64,000 nt of DNA from Eledone cirrhosa (taxonomy: Eukaryota): assembly GCA_964016885.1 (NCBI GenBank), contig OZ024742.1, positions 229,586,001-229,650,000 on the forward strand, written 5' to 3'. Position 1 is the first letter of the stretch; each line of letters begins with the position of its first letter. Of this stretch, positions 1 through 12,185 are shown in pieces. Made by a program: the position numbers and the translations under genes. The notes under the pieces are model-generated. The model made no database searches. It was given only the letters and a program-made list of their open reading frames with translations, and had not been told where the DNA came from.

Positions 1-333
1 TTTCCTGGATTCTCTCGAAGCGTCTGTTCGTTCAGGATTGATGGGTACCCGATTCATCCCTGGGTGGTTCTCTCTCCCTCTTCATCGCGGAAATCTGTTG
101 TTTATATTTTTTGTTAATTGCTTTGTTATCTTTTTACTCAATTTTATCGTAAATCACCACCGTCCCCGTCTTTTTATATTGTTTCCTATGTGTAGGCCCT
201 TATGGTCAATACAAATTATTACTGTGCACTTTATTCGGAATTATTGTAATCCCCCCTGAACGTCTCTTTGTATTGTCCCCTACATGGCAACTCTTGTGGC
301 CAATAAATGAAATCATTATTATTATTATTATTA
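1..333 (+). mobile_element. 3' end (3' UTR and (TTA)n tail) of a Tx1-clade LINE
   Basis: Ends TGTATTGTCCCCTACATG...CTTGTGGCCAATAAATGAAATCATTATTATT, matching the Tx1 ends at ~8310-8370 and ~17438-17501. Confidence 0.8.
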
Positions 334-335
334 AG

Positions 336-541
336 GGTGGTGGATTGGCAGTATCGGTAGAGGGTCGGACGCCATGCTTTGCAGCAACGAGGTACAGCCC
401 TTTATGGTCTGAGTTCAAATCCCACCGAGGTTAACTTTGCCTTTCATCCTTACGGGGTCGATAAAATAAAGTACCAGTAATACACTGGAATAATTGCTGG
501 CCTTGTGCCAAAGTAGAAACAATTATTATTATTATTATTAT
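336..541 (+). mobile_element. tRNA-derived SINE (abundant octopus-type family), full length
   Basis: A-box-like TGGCAGTATCGG, B-box GAGTTCAAATCC, body ACTTTGCCTTTCATCCTTACGGGGTCGATAAAATAAAGTACCAGT, (ATT)n tail. Many copies in the window. Confidence 0.9.
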
Positions 542-3500
542 TGTTACTCCTTGAGTCTCAGTCATTGATGTTAGTTAACTGGAAAGTCCGTTGGAATGAA
601 TATCAAGCCACTACCTGCAGCCTCAGATATTCAGGACGTATCGGAGGATTCTTGCTGTTCCCAGCAAGCATGCCTTTTGAAGCGTTCCAAAAAGCGTGAA
701 GGGGCCGATTTTCTTTAACCATCCCTGGAAACTTTTGGAGATAGTTCCCAGTGCGCCTATGACAATCGGGATCACTTTGACTTCATGGCAGTTCCAAATC
801 CTTTTTACCTCCCACTTTAAGTCCTGGTATCGGTTAATTTTCTCCCTCTCCTTCTCTTGCACTCCCGTGTCGAATGGGCAGGCCACATCCACAATCAGAC
901 ACGATCTTTTTTCTTTGTCCACAACCACCAGGTCAGGTCTATTGTGTTCCAGTTTCTTGTCCGTCTGTATCCTAAAATCCCACAGCACCTTCACCTGATC
1001 GTTCTCTATCACCGCCTCTGGCTTATGCTCATACCATTTCTCAGAATGTGGTAAATTGTTTGCTTTGCACAGGTGCCAGTGGATTACCCTGCCCATCACA
1101 TCATGTCCAGCCCTTATAGTGGGTCTGGGCTAGGTGTTTACACTCGGATACAATGTGAGCCACAGTCTCCTCTCTCTCTCTACAGATCCTGCACAGTGGG
1201 CTAGCCTCCTCCTTGTAAATATGGTGTTTCAACCACTTCGTTTTGAGAGCCTGCTCATCCGCAGCCATTAACATTCCTTTTGTAGCCTTTTTAAGGTCTC
1301 CTCTTCTCAACCAGTTACATGTCTGTGGATCTCTAAATTCAGTTTTCTCAAAGAAGGTACTATGAAGGGATTTTTTCTGAAGGCTGCTCTTTCTCCTTGA
1401 TGTTATTTCCTCCTTGGACATCCCCTGGCCTATTGTCCCCTCCTTCAGTACAGTTCTGAGCATTGGCTCCTTACTATCAGTCACGTATTTGTGTAGGTTG
1501 TTTTTCTCCATCTGAACATAGTCCTCTATGCTGATAAGACCTCTTCCACCCTCAGATCTCCTTAAGTAGAGTCTATCGACATCACTCCTCTTGTGGAACA
1601 TGTTGTAGATAGTCAATAGCTTCCTCGTCTTCCTATCCATTTCTTTTTGTTCAGCAACATTCCATCTCAGAATTCCCGCACTGTACCTAATAATAGACAC
1701 AGCTCGGGAATTTACTGCGCTTATGGCATTTCTGCTGTTCAGATGTGACTTCAATACGCTCCTTACTCTCCGAATGTATTCAGTTCTTAACAATTCCTTC
1801 ATTCTTTTGTTGTTTATGCCATCAGCCTCCAGAACGCCCAAATACTTGTATCCTTCCTCAGAGTCAATTTCCTTTATCATCTCACCTGTTGGTATCTAGA
1901 TTCCGTTACTTCTGCTCAACATACCCCTCCTCATCACAATGACTCCACACTTACTAATACCAAACTGCATACATATATCACTGCTGAAAATACGGACAGT
2001 GTCAACAAGCACATCCAACTCCTTCTCACTCTTCCCGAAGAGCTTAAGATCGTCCATGAAGAGGAGGTGATTGATGGTAAGCCCTCCCTTTCCCAACCTG
2101 TATCCTGCTCTCACTTTTCGCAGTACACTGGTCAAGGGCATCAGGGCAAGGACAAACAGCAGAGGGGACAGGCTATCTCCCTGGAAGATACCTCTCTTGA
2201 TCTTCACGCTTCCCAAGGATTCTCCAGTTGATGTCAAATCTGTTTCCCAGGACCTCATACTTTTTCCCAACAACTGTCTGATGTTATCTGCCACCTTGAC
2301 GATCTCCAGGCTTTTGGTGATCCAAGAATGAGGCACCATGCCAAATGCCTTTCTGTAGTCTATCCATCCCATTGGAAGATCAGTGTGTCTCCTCCTGCAA
2401 TTCCCCATTACCATCTTATCAATAAGTAACTGGTCCTTTGTACCACGTGACTTCTTTCGGCATCCTTTCTGTTCGTCCGGTAACAAGTTGTTTGTGTGGA
2501 GGTGATGGTAGATTTCCTCAGACACAATGCTCGTCAACAGTTTCCACATTACGGACAGACATGTGATAGGTCTATAGTTGGTAACATCATTACCCTTGAT
2601 TCGGTCTTTCATTATCAGAACTGTGGTACCTTTTGTCAACCACTCTGGTACCTCACCTGACATCAAGCAGTCATTGAACATGGTTGTCAGTTTCGGGTAG
2701 AGGGATGTTATATTTTTAATCCAATACCCCTGCACACCATCTGGGCCTGGTGATTTCCAGTTGGTTAGTTTTTTGGCCTGCCCCTTAAGAGTTTCAACTG
2801 TGATACTCAAATCAGTTTGTTGGTGTGCCTGTTAACCGATCTCTTTCTGTACTGTCTCAATCCACACTGCCTGGTCATTATGTATAACATCCTGCTCCCA
2901 TATTCCTCTCCAGAATGTTTTAGTTTGTTCCGCCCCAGGGATCAAGTCGTTGCCTCTTTCTTTCCTCTCAAGCTGTCCAAACAGCATCTTCTGGTTGTTG
3001 TCGAACATGCGGTTCTGTTTATACTGACTGACTCTGTTCTCGTATCGCCTGATTTTTGCACTCTTTGCTACAATGCGTTGCTTCAGTTCCTCTATGATAA
3101 TATTTAGCTTTTTCCTCCTAGTTTTGTACTTTATTTCCAGTCTATTTTTAGTGTCTATGTTTTTTAGTGTCCCATTCAGTAGTGACTCAAGCTTTCCAAT
3201 GTCATTTCTCATTTCCCTGATTTGACCATTCAGTCGTTTCTTCCACCAAGGCTCTGCTCTTTCTTGTCTGTTGTTTCCTCTCGCTTTTATACCAAGTAGT
3301 TTCCTCACCGTATTTGCTGTTGCTTTGAGGATATTGTTGCACTGGTGAAGGCTCCTCGCCTCAAGGTATGGGATGACTTTGTTTACCTTAGCTGTTGTTT
3401 CTTTTAACTTTTTCCTGTCTACAAATCTTAGGTTCATAGGTCTCCCACTATCATTGTTCAATTTATCTACCACTAAATTTAGGATGTCAACCAAATCTTG

Positions 3501-4333
3501 TTCTAGCCCGTCAGCATTCATCTCCTAGGTGGCCGTATCTCTGTTCCAGGTTTTATTTATCTCAGTATTCATATCATTGTCTGCTTCGGGTGGTTCCTCC
3601 GTTCTCTCGACCTCTTCACCTTCATTTCCCACTGGCTCGTTTGCCTGGCATACTCCACCCTCCATCTCCAAGCTAATCTCAGTTCCTCCAGTTCCAGCTC
3701 GCTTATCCACCCATTAGTTCTTATTACCCGAGCCTGCCCGGCCAATTTTTGTTCATCTAATTTAAATAGACCAATCTCGTTCCAGATGTTATGCATCCGT
3801 CTCCTATAGCCCCTCTCCTTGGGGTTACTTTTCAGGTAATATTGCATAACAGTTCTATTCAATTCTTTCGTCCAGTTGGTTCTGGTCCGTTTCCTTCTTC
3901 TTCCTCCGACACCAGCAGTATTTGGTTGACAGCCAGGTCCCTGCTGCTGAGCCAGGGAGCACCTGTTGGGTGAGAGTCTGTCACATGATGTTCTAGTCTC
4001 CATTTCACCGTTATTTGAACTGTTTAGGTTCGGTATTTAAACACTCTTATCGAGGATTGCCGAATGTATGGTTACATAACCACCTGTGGATTCACCGTCT
4101 CCGGTGGTTGCGTCGCTCCACGTGGCTCTTGTCTGGCATTATCACGCTGTAGACGAACACAAATAAAGAAACAAACAAACAGGCAGAAATAATCCCAAAA
4201 CTGAATAAGCATAAATTTCATTGTAATGTAGTGTTCGAATGTCTGACTTAGTTTTTCCCTTCCCTTCTCTGTCCGTCCGTTTGTTTCTCTCTTCATTCTT
4301 ATTTTCTTTACGTTTTTTTGTTTTTGTTTTTAT
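542..4333 (-). mobile_element. R4/Dong-clade non-LTR retrotransposon (family A), near full length, decayed
   Basis: One broken ORF with RT followed by a restriction-like endonuclease, flanked on both sides by (TAA)n on its own strand. The 5' boundary is approximate. Confidence 0.85.
623..4003 (-). pseudogene. RT + CCHC zinc knuckle + restriction-like endonuclease ORF of Dong-A, disrupted
   Basis: Fragments 3569-4003 (WTKELN, RGYRRRM), 2832-3521, 1896-2810 (KSPGPDG, NYRPITCL, GIFQGDSLSP, LFMDDLKL), 1101-1880 (CRIC..ETVAHIVSEC) and 623-1099 (NRPD, DVACP, EK..RYQDL). Confidence 0.9.
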
Positions 4334-4335
4334 TG

Positions 4336-4344
4336 TATTATTAA

Positions 4345-4388
<44 letters not shown>
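4336..4388. repeat. (TTA)n microsatellite between Dong-A and Tx1-A
   Basis: Read directly from sequence. Confidence 0.95.
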
Positions 4389-4389
<1 letters not shown>

Positions 4390-7300
4390 ACAACAAAAAA
4401 TACAGACACCACTAACGCAAACACTTCGCCAATAACATCATCACCAACAGCAACATCGACACCACCTCCACAATCCCCGAAACGCAAACAACCTAAACAA
4501 ACACAAGTACAAATAAACACACAAATACCTGAAATTGCAGACACCCCACCTACAACAAACACTGACATATCCGAAACAACACCACCAAAACCATCACCAC
4601 CACAGTCACCAAAACGAAAACAAATAAAACCACACCAACAAAATGTTAAAAACTTCGTGCTTGTCAGAAGGGCCAACGATAAACTGATGGCCCTCTTAGC
4701 ACGAAGCGAGGACATTCAAACAGAGGGGGAGATTTTTGAAATGAGCACATTTTGCGTGCCAGAAGATTTGCTTCTGGTCCGAATGTCACTCAAATTCCTT
4801 CAAATAAATTCGAGAGAGCTTTCCTCAAGACGTGGAAACCCCGAATGTGAAAACCACATCAAGACTTTTAAAGGGGTTCCCCCCAAAAAACCTACCAACC
4901 ATGGGGTTCGAACCACCCGGCCTTCACAAAACCCCGGGAGGTAAGTAAACCTTCCCTCTCTCTCTTAGCTTACCAATATGGCCAGATTAAGAGTAGGAAG
5001 TTTAAATGTTCGCGGCCTGGGTCACCCTGGAAGCAGGGTCGCCTGCTCAACGACCTCAGGTCGCTGGAAATGGATGTGATTGCCGTCAGCCAGACCAGAA
5101 TTTCCAACACGCGCGCACTAGCCCCCATTTTCGACGACTATCAGATCTTCGCATCTGTTAGCAGACCAGTAATGGGGGGTGGGGTGGCAGTGATGTTTAG
5201 GAAAGGACTGAATCTCGAGGTAAGGCCGATCTTCCGGGACCCGGACGGGAAGTTGGTGGTCCTGGACGTGAACAATAATGAAGGTGGTGCCTTTAGACTG
5301 CTGGCCGTCTACGCCCCTACAGGGGCCGGACGACCGGACTTCTTTAGGCGCCTGGAGACCTTTCTGGGTACGCCTCGCCCTTAACTGTTAGCGGGGACTG
5401 GAATGGCATCTTAGACTCACGCTGGGATCGTGTAGGAGTAGCCGATAGGAGTGAGAGGTGCAAAAGCCTCAAGCACCTACTCAGTCAATTCCAACTGTCT
5501 GGCAGGTATCGACTAGATTTCCCCAATGTGCCAGTATGGACATGGACCAACCGAATGGGGTCATCTAGATCGTATAAAAACATGATCTTCATTAGGAAAA
5601 TAAATAGAAATAGTGTGGGCTGCCCACTTTTTAAAACGGTCGCCTATTCAAATCTCAAATTTGTGATCTGTACGGTCGACCTAGATAAAACGCGTAGGTT
5701 AGGACCGGGTTACTGGAAGCTGAACATGTCATTTCCGGCACGTAAGGCTTACAGGGACCGAGTCAACAATGTAGTTAAGCAAAAGTTGACAGGGGGGATC
5801 ATTAACAACAGATGGTGGGGGGCTCTCAAAAGAGAGATTAGAGTAACTTCGATAGAGTTCAGCAAAGAACTAGCGTTAGAGAAAAATAGAAAGGAGGGGG
5901 AGCTGGTAGATAAGTGAGACGAGGCTATGTGTAGTGGCATTGCAACTGACGTGCTAGCGGCGAGAATGGCATTAGACCATTTCTTCCATGCGAAACATGA
6001 AGGTTGCATTGTCAGAGCTAAGGCGGGTGCGCTGAGAAACGATGGAAACAAAGCTGTTCGATGGGCCCGCGTCGCGGAGGCGCAGCGTGGTAATAAAACC
6101 ACAATTCGGTCTTTGGCGGACCAAGACGGACACGAGATGAGCGATTCCAAGTGGATGTCTGAGGCCTTTCGCCAGCACTTTGCTGGGATACATTAGACAA
6201 CTTCAGGCCCATAACTCTGCTCAACACAGAGTTTAAGATTTTGGCCAAGGTGTTAGCAAAGGGATTGGCGCTTGTCGTCGAGGATTTGGTTGGGGAGGCG
6301 CAAACTTGCTAAATTCCAGCCATGTCCATACACGACAATCTCCACCTCATACGATACATCACAGAGAGGGTTGGGTGTAAACCTGGCTTCGGTGGGGCAC
6401 TGATCAATTTAGATCAATCGATAGCATTCGATAGGGTCGACCATCGGTATCTGGAGTTTGTCCTCAAAGCAGCTGGCTTCGGCCCTGTCTTCAGAAGCTG
6501 GATCGCTGCAATGCACAGCGGCACACGCTCGGTGGTCAAGGTTAATGGCCACCTCTCGGAACTATTTCGGCTCTCCCGATCGGTCCGTCAAGGGTGCCCT
6601 CTTTCTTCCCTTCTGTACGTATTGACTCTCGAGCCTTTACTGCGGAAGCTGGAGCTGTTGCAGGGCATCCCGCTCGAACCGGGACGTAGAAAGGCGGTGT
6701 CGGCTTATGCGGACGACATCACCGTGATGGTGTCGAACACCTCAGAAATCGAGGTGGTTGGCACCTTATTGAAGGAATATGAAAGGTTGACAGGAGCCAA
6801 ACTTAACCCGGAAAAGTCGGTGGGCTTGAAGCTCGGAACCTGGAGAGGCAAGCCCATGCCGTCCAACAGCGTCGTGGGGTGCTGGACGGACGGACCGGTA
6901 AAGTTACTCGGGGTTTGGTTCGGACCAGACCTCCAGGTGGAAAAGAATTGGGACGAGGTAACGAGCAGAGTAGCCAGTCTCACCCAAAAATGGGCTGGGA
7001 GGAAGCTATCACTGAAAGGTCACGCGGAGGTGGCGAATGCGTACATCGCGTCCGTCATCTACTACCGCCTGACCGTCGTGCCTTGCCCCCGTCCGCGCCT
7101 CGTCAAGTTGGAACGGCTCCTCTTCAAATTCTTGTGGAGAGGATAAGTTCCGTTGGTGAGGCGGTCCATCTGCTGCCAGCACCCTCTACGCGGAGGGCTG
7201 GGCATGCCGTGGCTAATGATGCGCAGACATGCGTTGAGGCTGCAACATCTCCAGACATTCTGCCTCAACGGTGAACAGGTGTGGTCGCCGTTGATCAGAC

Positions 7301-8370
7301 GGGCCTTTCCGCAGCTCATTTCTTTGACTGAGCTGCAGTCCTGGGTCAAGAAGAGACCGAGACTGGGTTACTGGCACCTGGAATGTTGCCAGGCACTCAC
7401 TGCCCTCTACCAAGCGGACAATGCGATCAGTGGAACTTCCACTCTCGAGTTCTATAGAGGATTAGTGGTGGGCAAGTGCGATGACGCACTCGGAGAAGCT
7501 TTGGGCCTCGACGAAGTCGAACTGACCAGTCTGTACCGGAGGACTTTTGAGCCAGGGACGATGGACAATTTTCAGAAATCCCACGCTTGGCAGTGCTACC
7601 GGGGGCACTTCCGGTTCGGGATAAACTCTACAAGCACAGAAGTGCTGTGAGACGGACCTGCCCAAGATGCGCACAGAGCGACGAAACCGTTATGCACGCA
7701 CTTGTCCAATGTCCGTGCATTACTGACTTGTGGAGTTATGTCGAACAGCTACTGTCCCGTGTGGAACAAATCCAGCTATCGGCCGAGTTCATAGTGAAGT
7801 TCGATCCACCGCCTTCCTTAGGTCAGGAAGAGCAGGAAATTTTCCTCTGTCTGGTGGCAGTTGCGAAAGAGTTTATATGGTGGACCAGGTTAAAAGGACT
7901 GAAGACAGACACTTTTCTCTTCGGCCAATCCCTCATCAACTTCTTCAAGTTTCACCTGGAAAGGAAGGTGAGGGTGGAGAGAGAAGTGCTGCCTCCCAGT
8001 ACATTTGCTAAAAGGTGGGTGAATGTGGCGAGAATGGCTCGTGTGAATGGGCCTACTCTGACCATGCGCCTATAGGTTAGCTAACTTGAGGAGAGGGGTG
8101 TTCTCCCTAGGTGCCCTAGAAGCACAGGGTGGTTCAGGATTGGTGGGGTACCCGAGTCACTCCAGGGTCGTCCACCTCCTATCGGGGAATTTATTTTTTT
8201 ATATTTATGCATAGTTTATTTTATATTTTTATATTTTCATTGTTAAATTAGTCTTGCCATTGTGCACTTTTACTCGACCTTATTGTATACCCTCACTGTC
8301 CCTGTCTTTGTATTGTCCCCTACATGTCGGCCCTTGTGGCTAATAAATGAAATCCTTATTATTATTATTA
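4389..8370 (+). mobile_element. Tx1-clade (L1 group) LINE, subfamily A, copy 1, 5'-truncated
   Basis: ORF1 C-terminal remnant (stop at 4944), APE-RT ORF2, and a 3' UTR ending AATAAATGAAATCC(TTA)n. Confidence 0.9.
4978..8075 (+). pseudogene. Tx1 ORF2: APE endonuclease, RT and C-terminal CCHC, with frameshifts and an internal deletion
   Basis: Starts MARLRVGSLNVRGL. Contains VYAP, GPGYWKLN, AFDRVDH, RQGCPLS, YADD and CPRC..ETVMHALVQC. Confidence 0.9.
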
Positions 8371-10342
8371 CTACGGCTGCATTTATCTTGCGTTATGTTC
8401 ATACGAGTTATCACCAAATCACAACCAGTGATCTCAAGAAACAACAAGGTCCGCCATGTTCAAGAAAGAATATACATACTCACACATGCGCCTTTAGTTG
8501 TTTAGACTTGTGATGTACTTATATTGACAGAATCTTCCTTAGTATATGGGCAGTTCCCATTAGTACTATCTTTTGTATTTCTCCTATACGCGAGTTTCCT
8601 GGGATTTGCGATAAGTAATCATTAGACCCCTTAGGTATCATTCCTAGAGCGCCTACAACCACTGGTATTGTTTTAGTTCTCAATTTCCACATTTTTCCAA
8701 TTTCTATCTCCAGGTCCTTATACTTGCTCAATTTTTCAAATGTTTTTATAGATACATTCTTGTCTATTGGAACGGACATATCAATTAGCAGGCATACCCT
8801 CTTTTTAAAGTCCTTCCGTATTATATCAGGTCTATTTGCATCTATTTTTCGGTCTGTTTGGATGCTAAAGTTCCACAAGATTGAGATGTGATCTTTTTCA
8901 AGTATGGGAGGTGGTTGATGCTCCCACCAATTCTTTTGATGGGGCAGGTCAAAATGCTTACACATTATCCAATGTATGTATTGTGCAGCTCTGTCATGCC
9001 TGTTTAGGTATTCGGTTGGAGCTATAGGACTGCACATTGAAATTATATGGTCAATGGTCTCTGGTTGTTTTTTGCATACACGGCATAATGGGCTGCATCC
9101 ATTTTTTATTATGTTGGCTTGGTAATTTTTTGTTGGCAGACACTGATCTTGTGCTGCTATAATCAGTCCTTCAGTCTCCGATTTCAGTCCAGAGGATGCC
9201 AACCACTGATGGGTTAAAGTTTTGTCAACATCAGGATTGTTAGCTCGTTCTGGGTATTTTCCATACAGAGGCTTTTCTTGCCATTTCTTAGCCAGTTTCT
9301 GTAGCAGTTCTTTCTTTGCAGTTACTTTTACCTGCTTTGCTTTTTCTGTATTTTCCATTTCAGCAGTAACTGGGACTTCTGAAATTTGTAGTCCATTACT
9401 GTATCTTTGTGCATCTTTTGTAATGGAGTATGATCTTTTGATGCTTTCGTGTTTCAAAACGAGATTGATCATCCAATCATGTGATTCCCTTAGATATTTA
9501 GATAACCCAATTGTTGCAGTTTTCAACGCAATGTCTAACTGGATTAACCCACGTCCTCCTTCTTTCCTAGGGAGATATATTCTATCTGTATCTGCCTTAG
9601 GGTGATGCATTCTGTGCATGGTTACGAATTTTCGAATTTTTGTATCGAGCCTACGGATCTCTGTGCTTGACCAGTTGATGACATTGTAACTGTAGGTTAC
9701 TACTGGTATAGCAAGCGTGTTTATGGCATCGATCCTATTCCATGCATTCAATTCCGTTCTTAAGATTGCTCTTACTCTGCGGTATCATTCCTTCCTTCTT
9801 CTTTCCCTCATTGTCGAGTGCTTGATTCCGTCTCCTTCACAAACACCTAGATATTTGTAAGTTTCTTCTTGATCAAGTTCTCTTATCACATTCTCCCGAT
9901 CAAGATTAATGTCTGAACTCTTCAGCAGCTTTCCTCTGGTGAACGTTGCTTTGGCGCATTTATCTAGTCCAAACTCCATTTTAATGTCATCCATTTTAAT
10001 GCCTTTGCAATTGTTCATCATTTTTTGCAAATAGTTTCAGGTCATCCATGCAGAACAAGTGATTAATGGTTTTGTCATAGACTTTATATCCATGTTTTGT
10101 TTCATTGAGCATTTTACTTAATGGTATAAGTGCGATGCAGAATAAAAGCGGTGATAAAGAGTCACCCTGAAAAATTCCACAATTAATATTAACTTCTCCA
10201 GCTTCCAGTGATTTTGTTTCACTATTCAAAAGGAGTGTCGTTTTCCACGTCTTCATACTGAATGACAAAAACCTCCTGACAACGGGAGATATTTTGAAAA
10301 TCTCTAAACATTTTTCAATCCAACTGTGTGGCAAACTATCGT
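8371..10342 (-). mobile_element. R4/Dong-clade LINE, family B, 5'-truncated
   Basis: GIFQGDSLSP, LFCMDDLKL, AAQDQ, CRVC..ETIDHIISMC, NRHD, NRPD and EK..KYKDL in ORFs 8519-10406. The 3' UTR runs into the TAA tract shared with the Tx1 tail. Confidence 0.88.
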
Positions 10343-10418
10343 TTGGCCGACTGAATACACAGGTGTGTTTTTTTTTTCTCGTTTTCCCCGTCGCCTTTCT
10401 TTTCAATCATTATTTTCT

Positions 10419-10523
10419 CAAATCCTGCCGAGGTTAACTTTGCCTTTCATCCTTACAGGGTCGATAAAATAAAGTACCAGTAATGCACTGGGTATTTGTG
10501 GCGTTGTGCCAAAAGTAGAAACA
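10419..10523 (+). mobile_element. 5'-truncated SINE with ATTATTTTCT target-site duplication
   Basis: SINE body. ATTATTTTCT occurs at 10409-10418 and 10524-10533. Confidence 0.8.
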
Positions 10524-10583
10524 ATTATTTTCTGTTTATCTTCTATTTCTAAATCTATCTTCTGATAAAGGACTATTATTATC

Positions 10584-10721
10584 AGCATAGTTACATCCCT
10601 TTACGATCTGAGTTCAAATCCCGCCGAGGTTGACTTTGCCTTTCATCCTTACGGGGTCGATAAAATAAAGTACCAGTAATACACTGGAATAATTGCTGGC
10701 CTTGTGCCTAAAGTAGAAACA

Positions 10722-10754
<33 letters not shown>
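10584..10754 (+). mobile_element. 5'-truncated SINE with (ATT)n tail
   Basis: B-box and body match the 336-541 copy. Confidence 0.85.
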
Positions 10755-10755
<1 letters not shown>

Positions 10756-11985
10756 TTTGAGTCTCAATCATTGATGTTAGTTAACTGGAAAGTTTGTTGA
10801 AATGAATATCAAGCCACTACCTGCAGCCTCAGATATTCAGGACCTATCGGAGGGTTCTAGCTGTTCCCAGCAAGCATGCCTTTTGAAGCTTTCCAAAAAG
10901 CGTGAAGGGGCCAATTTTCTTTAACCATCCCTGGAAACTTTTTGAGATAGTACCTAGTGCGCCTATGACAATCGGGACCACTTTGACTTCATGGCAGTTC
11001 CAAATCCTTTTTACCTCCCACTTTAAGTCCTGGTATCGGTTAATTTTCTCCCTCTCCTTCTCTTGCACTCTCGTGTCGAATGAGCAGGCCACATCCACAA
11101 TCAGGTACGATCTTTTTTCTTTGTCCACAACCACAAGGTCAGGTCTATTGTGTTCCAGTTTCTTGTCCGTATGTATCCTAAAATCCCACAGCACCTTCAC
11201 CTGATCGTTTTCTATCACCGACTCTGGCTTGTGCTCATACAACTTCTCAGAATGTGCTAAATGGTTTACTTTGCATAGGTGCCAGTGGATCACCCTGCCC
11301 ATCACATCATGTCTCCAGCCCTTATAGTGAGTCTGGGCTATGTGTTTACACTCGGATACAATGTGAGCCACAGTCTCCTCTCTCCCTCCACAGATCCTGC
11401 ACAGTGGGCTAGCCTCCTCCTTGTAAATATGGTGTTTCAACCACTTCGTTTTGAGAGCCTGCTCATCCGCAGCCATTAACATTCCTTCTGTAGCCTTTTT
11501 AAGGTCTCCTCTTTTCAACCAGTTCCATGTCTGTGGATCTCTGAATTCAGTTTTCTCAAAGAAGGTACTATGAAGGGATTTTTCCTGAAGGCTGCTCTTT
11601 CTCCTTGATGTTATTTCCTCCTTGGACATCCCCTGGTCTATTGTCCTCTCCTTCAGTACAGTTCTGAGCATTGACTCCTTACTATCAGTCACATATTTGT
11701 GTAGGTTGTTTTCTCCATCTGAACAGTCCTCTATGCTGATAAGACCTCTTCCCCCTTCAGATCTCCTTAAGTAGAGTCTATCGACATCACTCCTCTTGTG
11801 GAACATGTTGTAGATAGTCAATAGCTTCCTAGTCTTCCTATCCATTTCTTTTTGTTCAGCAACATTACATCTCAGAATTCCCGCACTGTACCTAATAATA
11901 GACACAGCTCGGGAATTTACTGCACTTATGGCATTCCTACTGTTCAGATGTGACTTTAATACGCTCCTTACTCTCAGAATGTATT
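10755..11985 (-). mobile_element. Dong-A copy 2, 5'-truncated
   Basis: Closely similar to ~548-1780. ORF 10844-11905 has the zinc knuckle and NRPD endonuclease. TAA tracts on both sides. Confidence 0.9.
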
Positions 11986-12185
11986 TATTATTATTATTAT
12001 TATTATTATTGGTCTAAGCGGACGTATTTTGCTCGCTCACAGTAAGTCGCTTTATTTGCCTGTTTAAATTATTTGTTGTTAAATATTTCTTGTTGGATAA
12101 GGGATATAAGCCCTTAGACTTTGCCCCGTGAAGGGGAAAGTATATTATTTGGGCCTTTTGGTCCAAATATTGGAACTTTTTTTAC

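Noticed and set aside
336-430. tRNA gene
   Set aside because: The A/B boxes belong to the SINE head and there is no full cloverleaf.
4040-4160. HDV-like ribozyme in the Dong-A 5' UTR
   Set aside because: Only one helix (AACCACC/GGTGGTT) is visible; I could not build the nested double pseudoknot.
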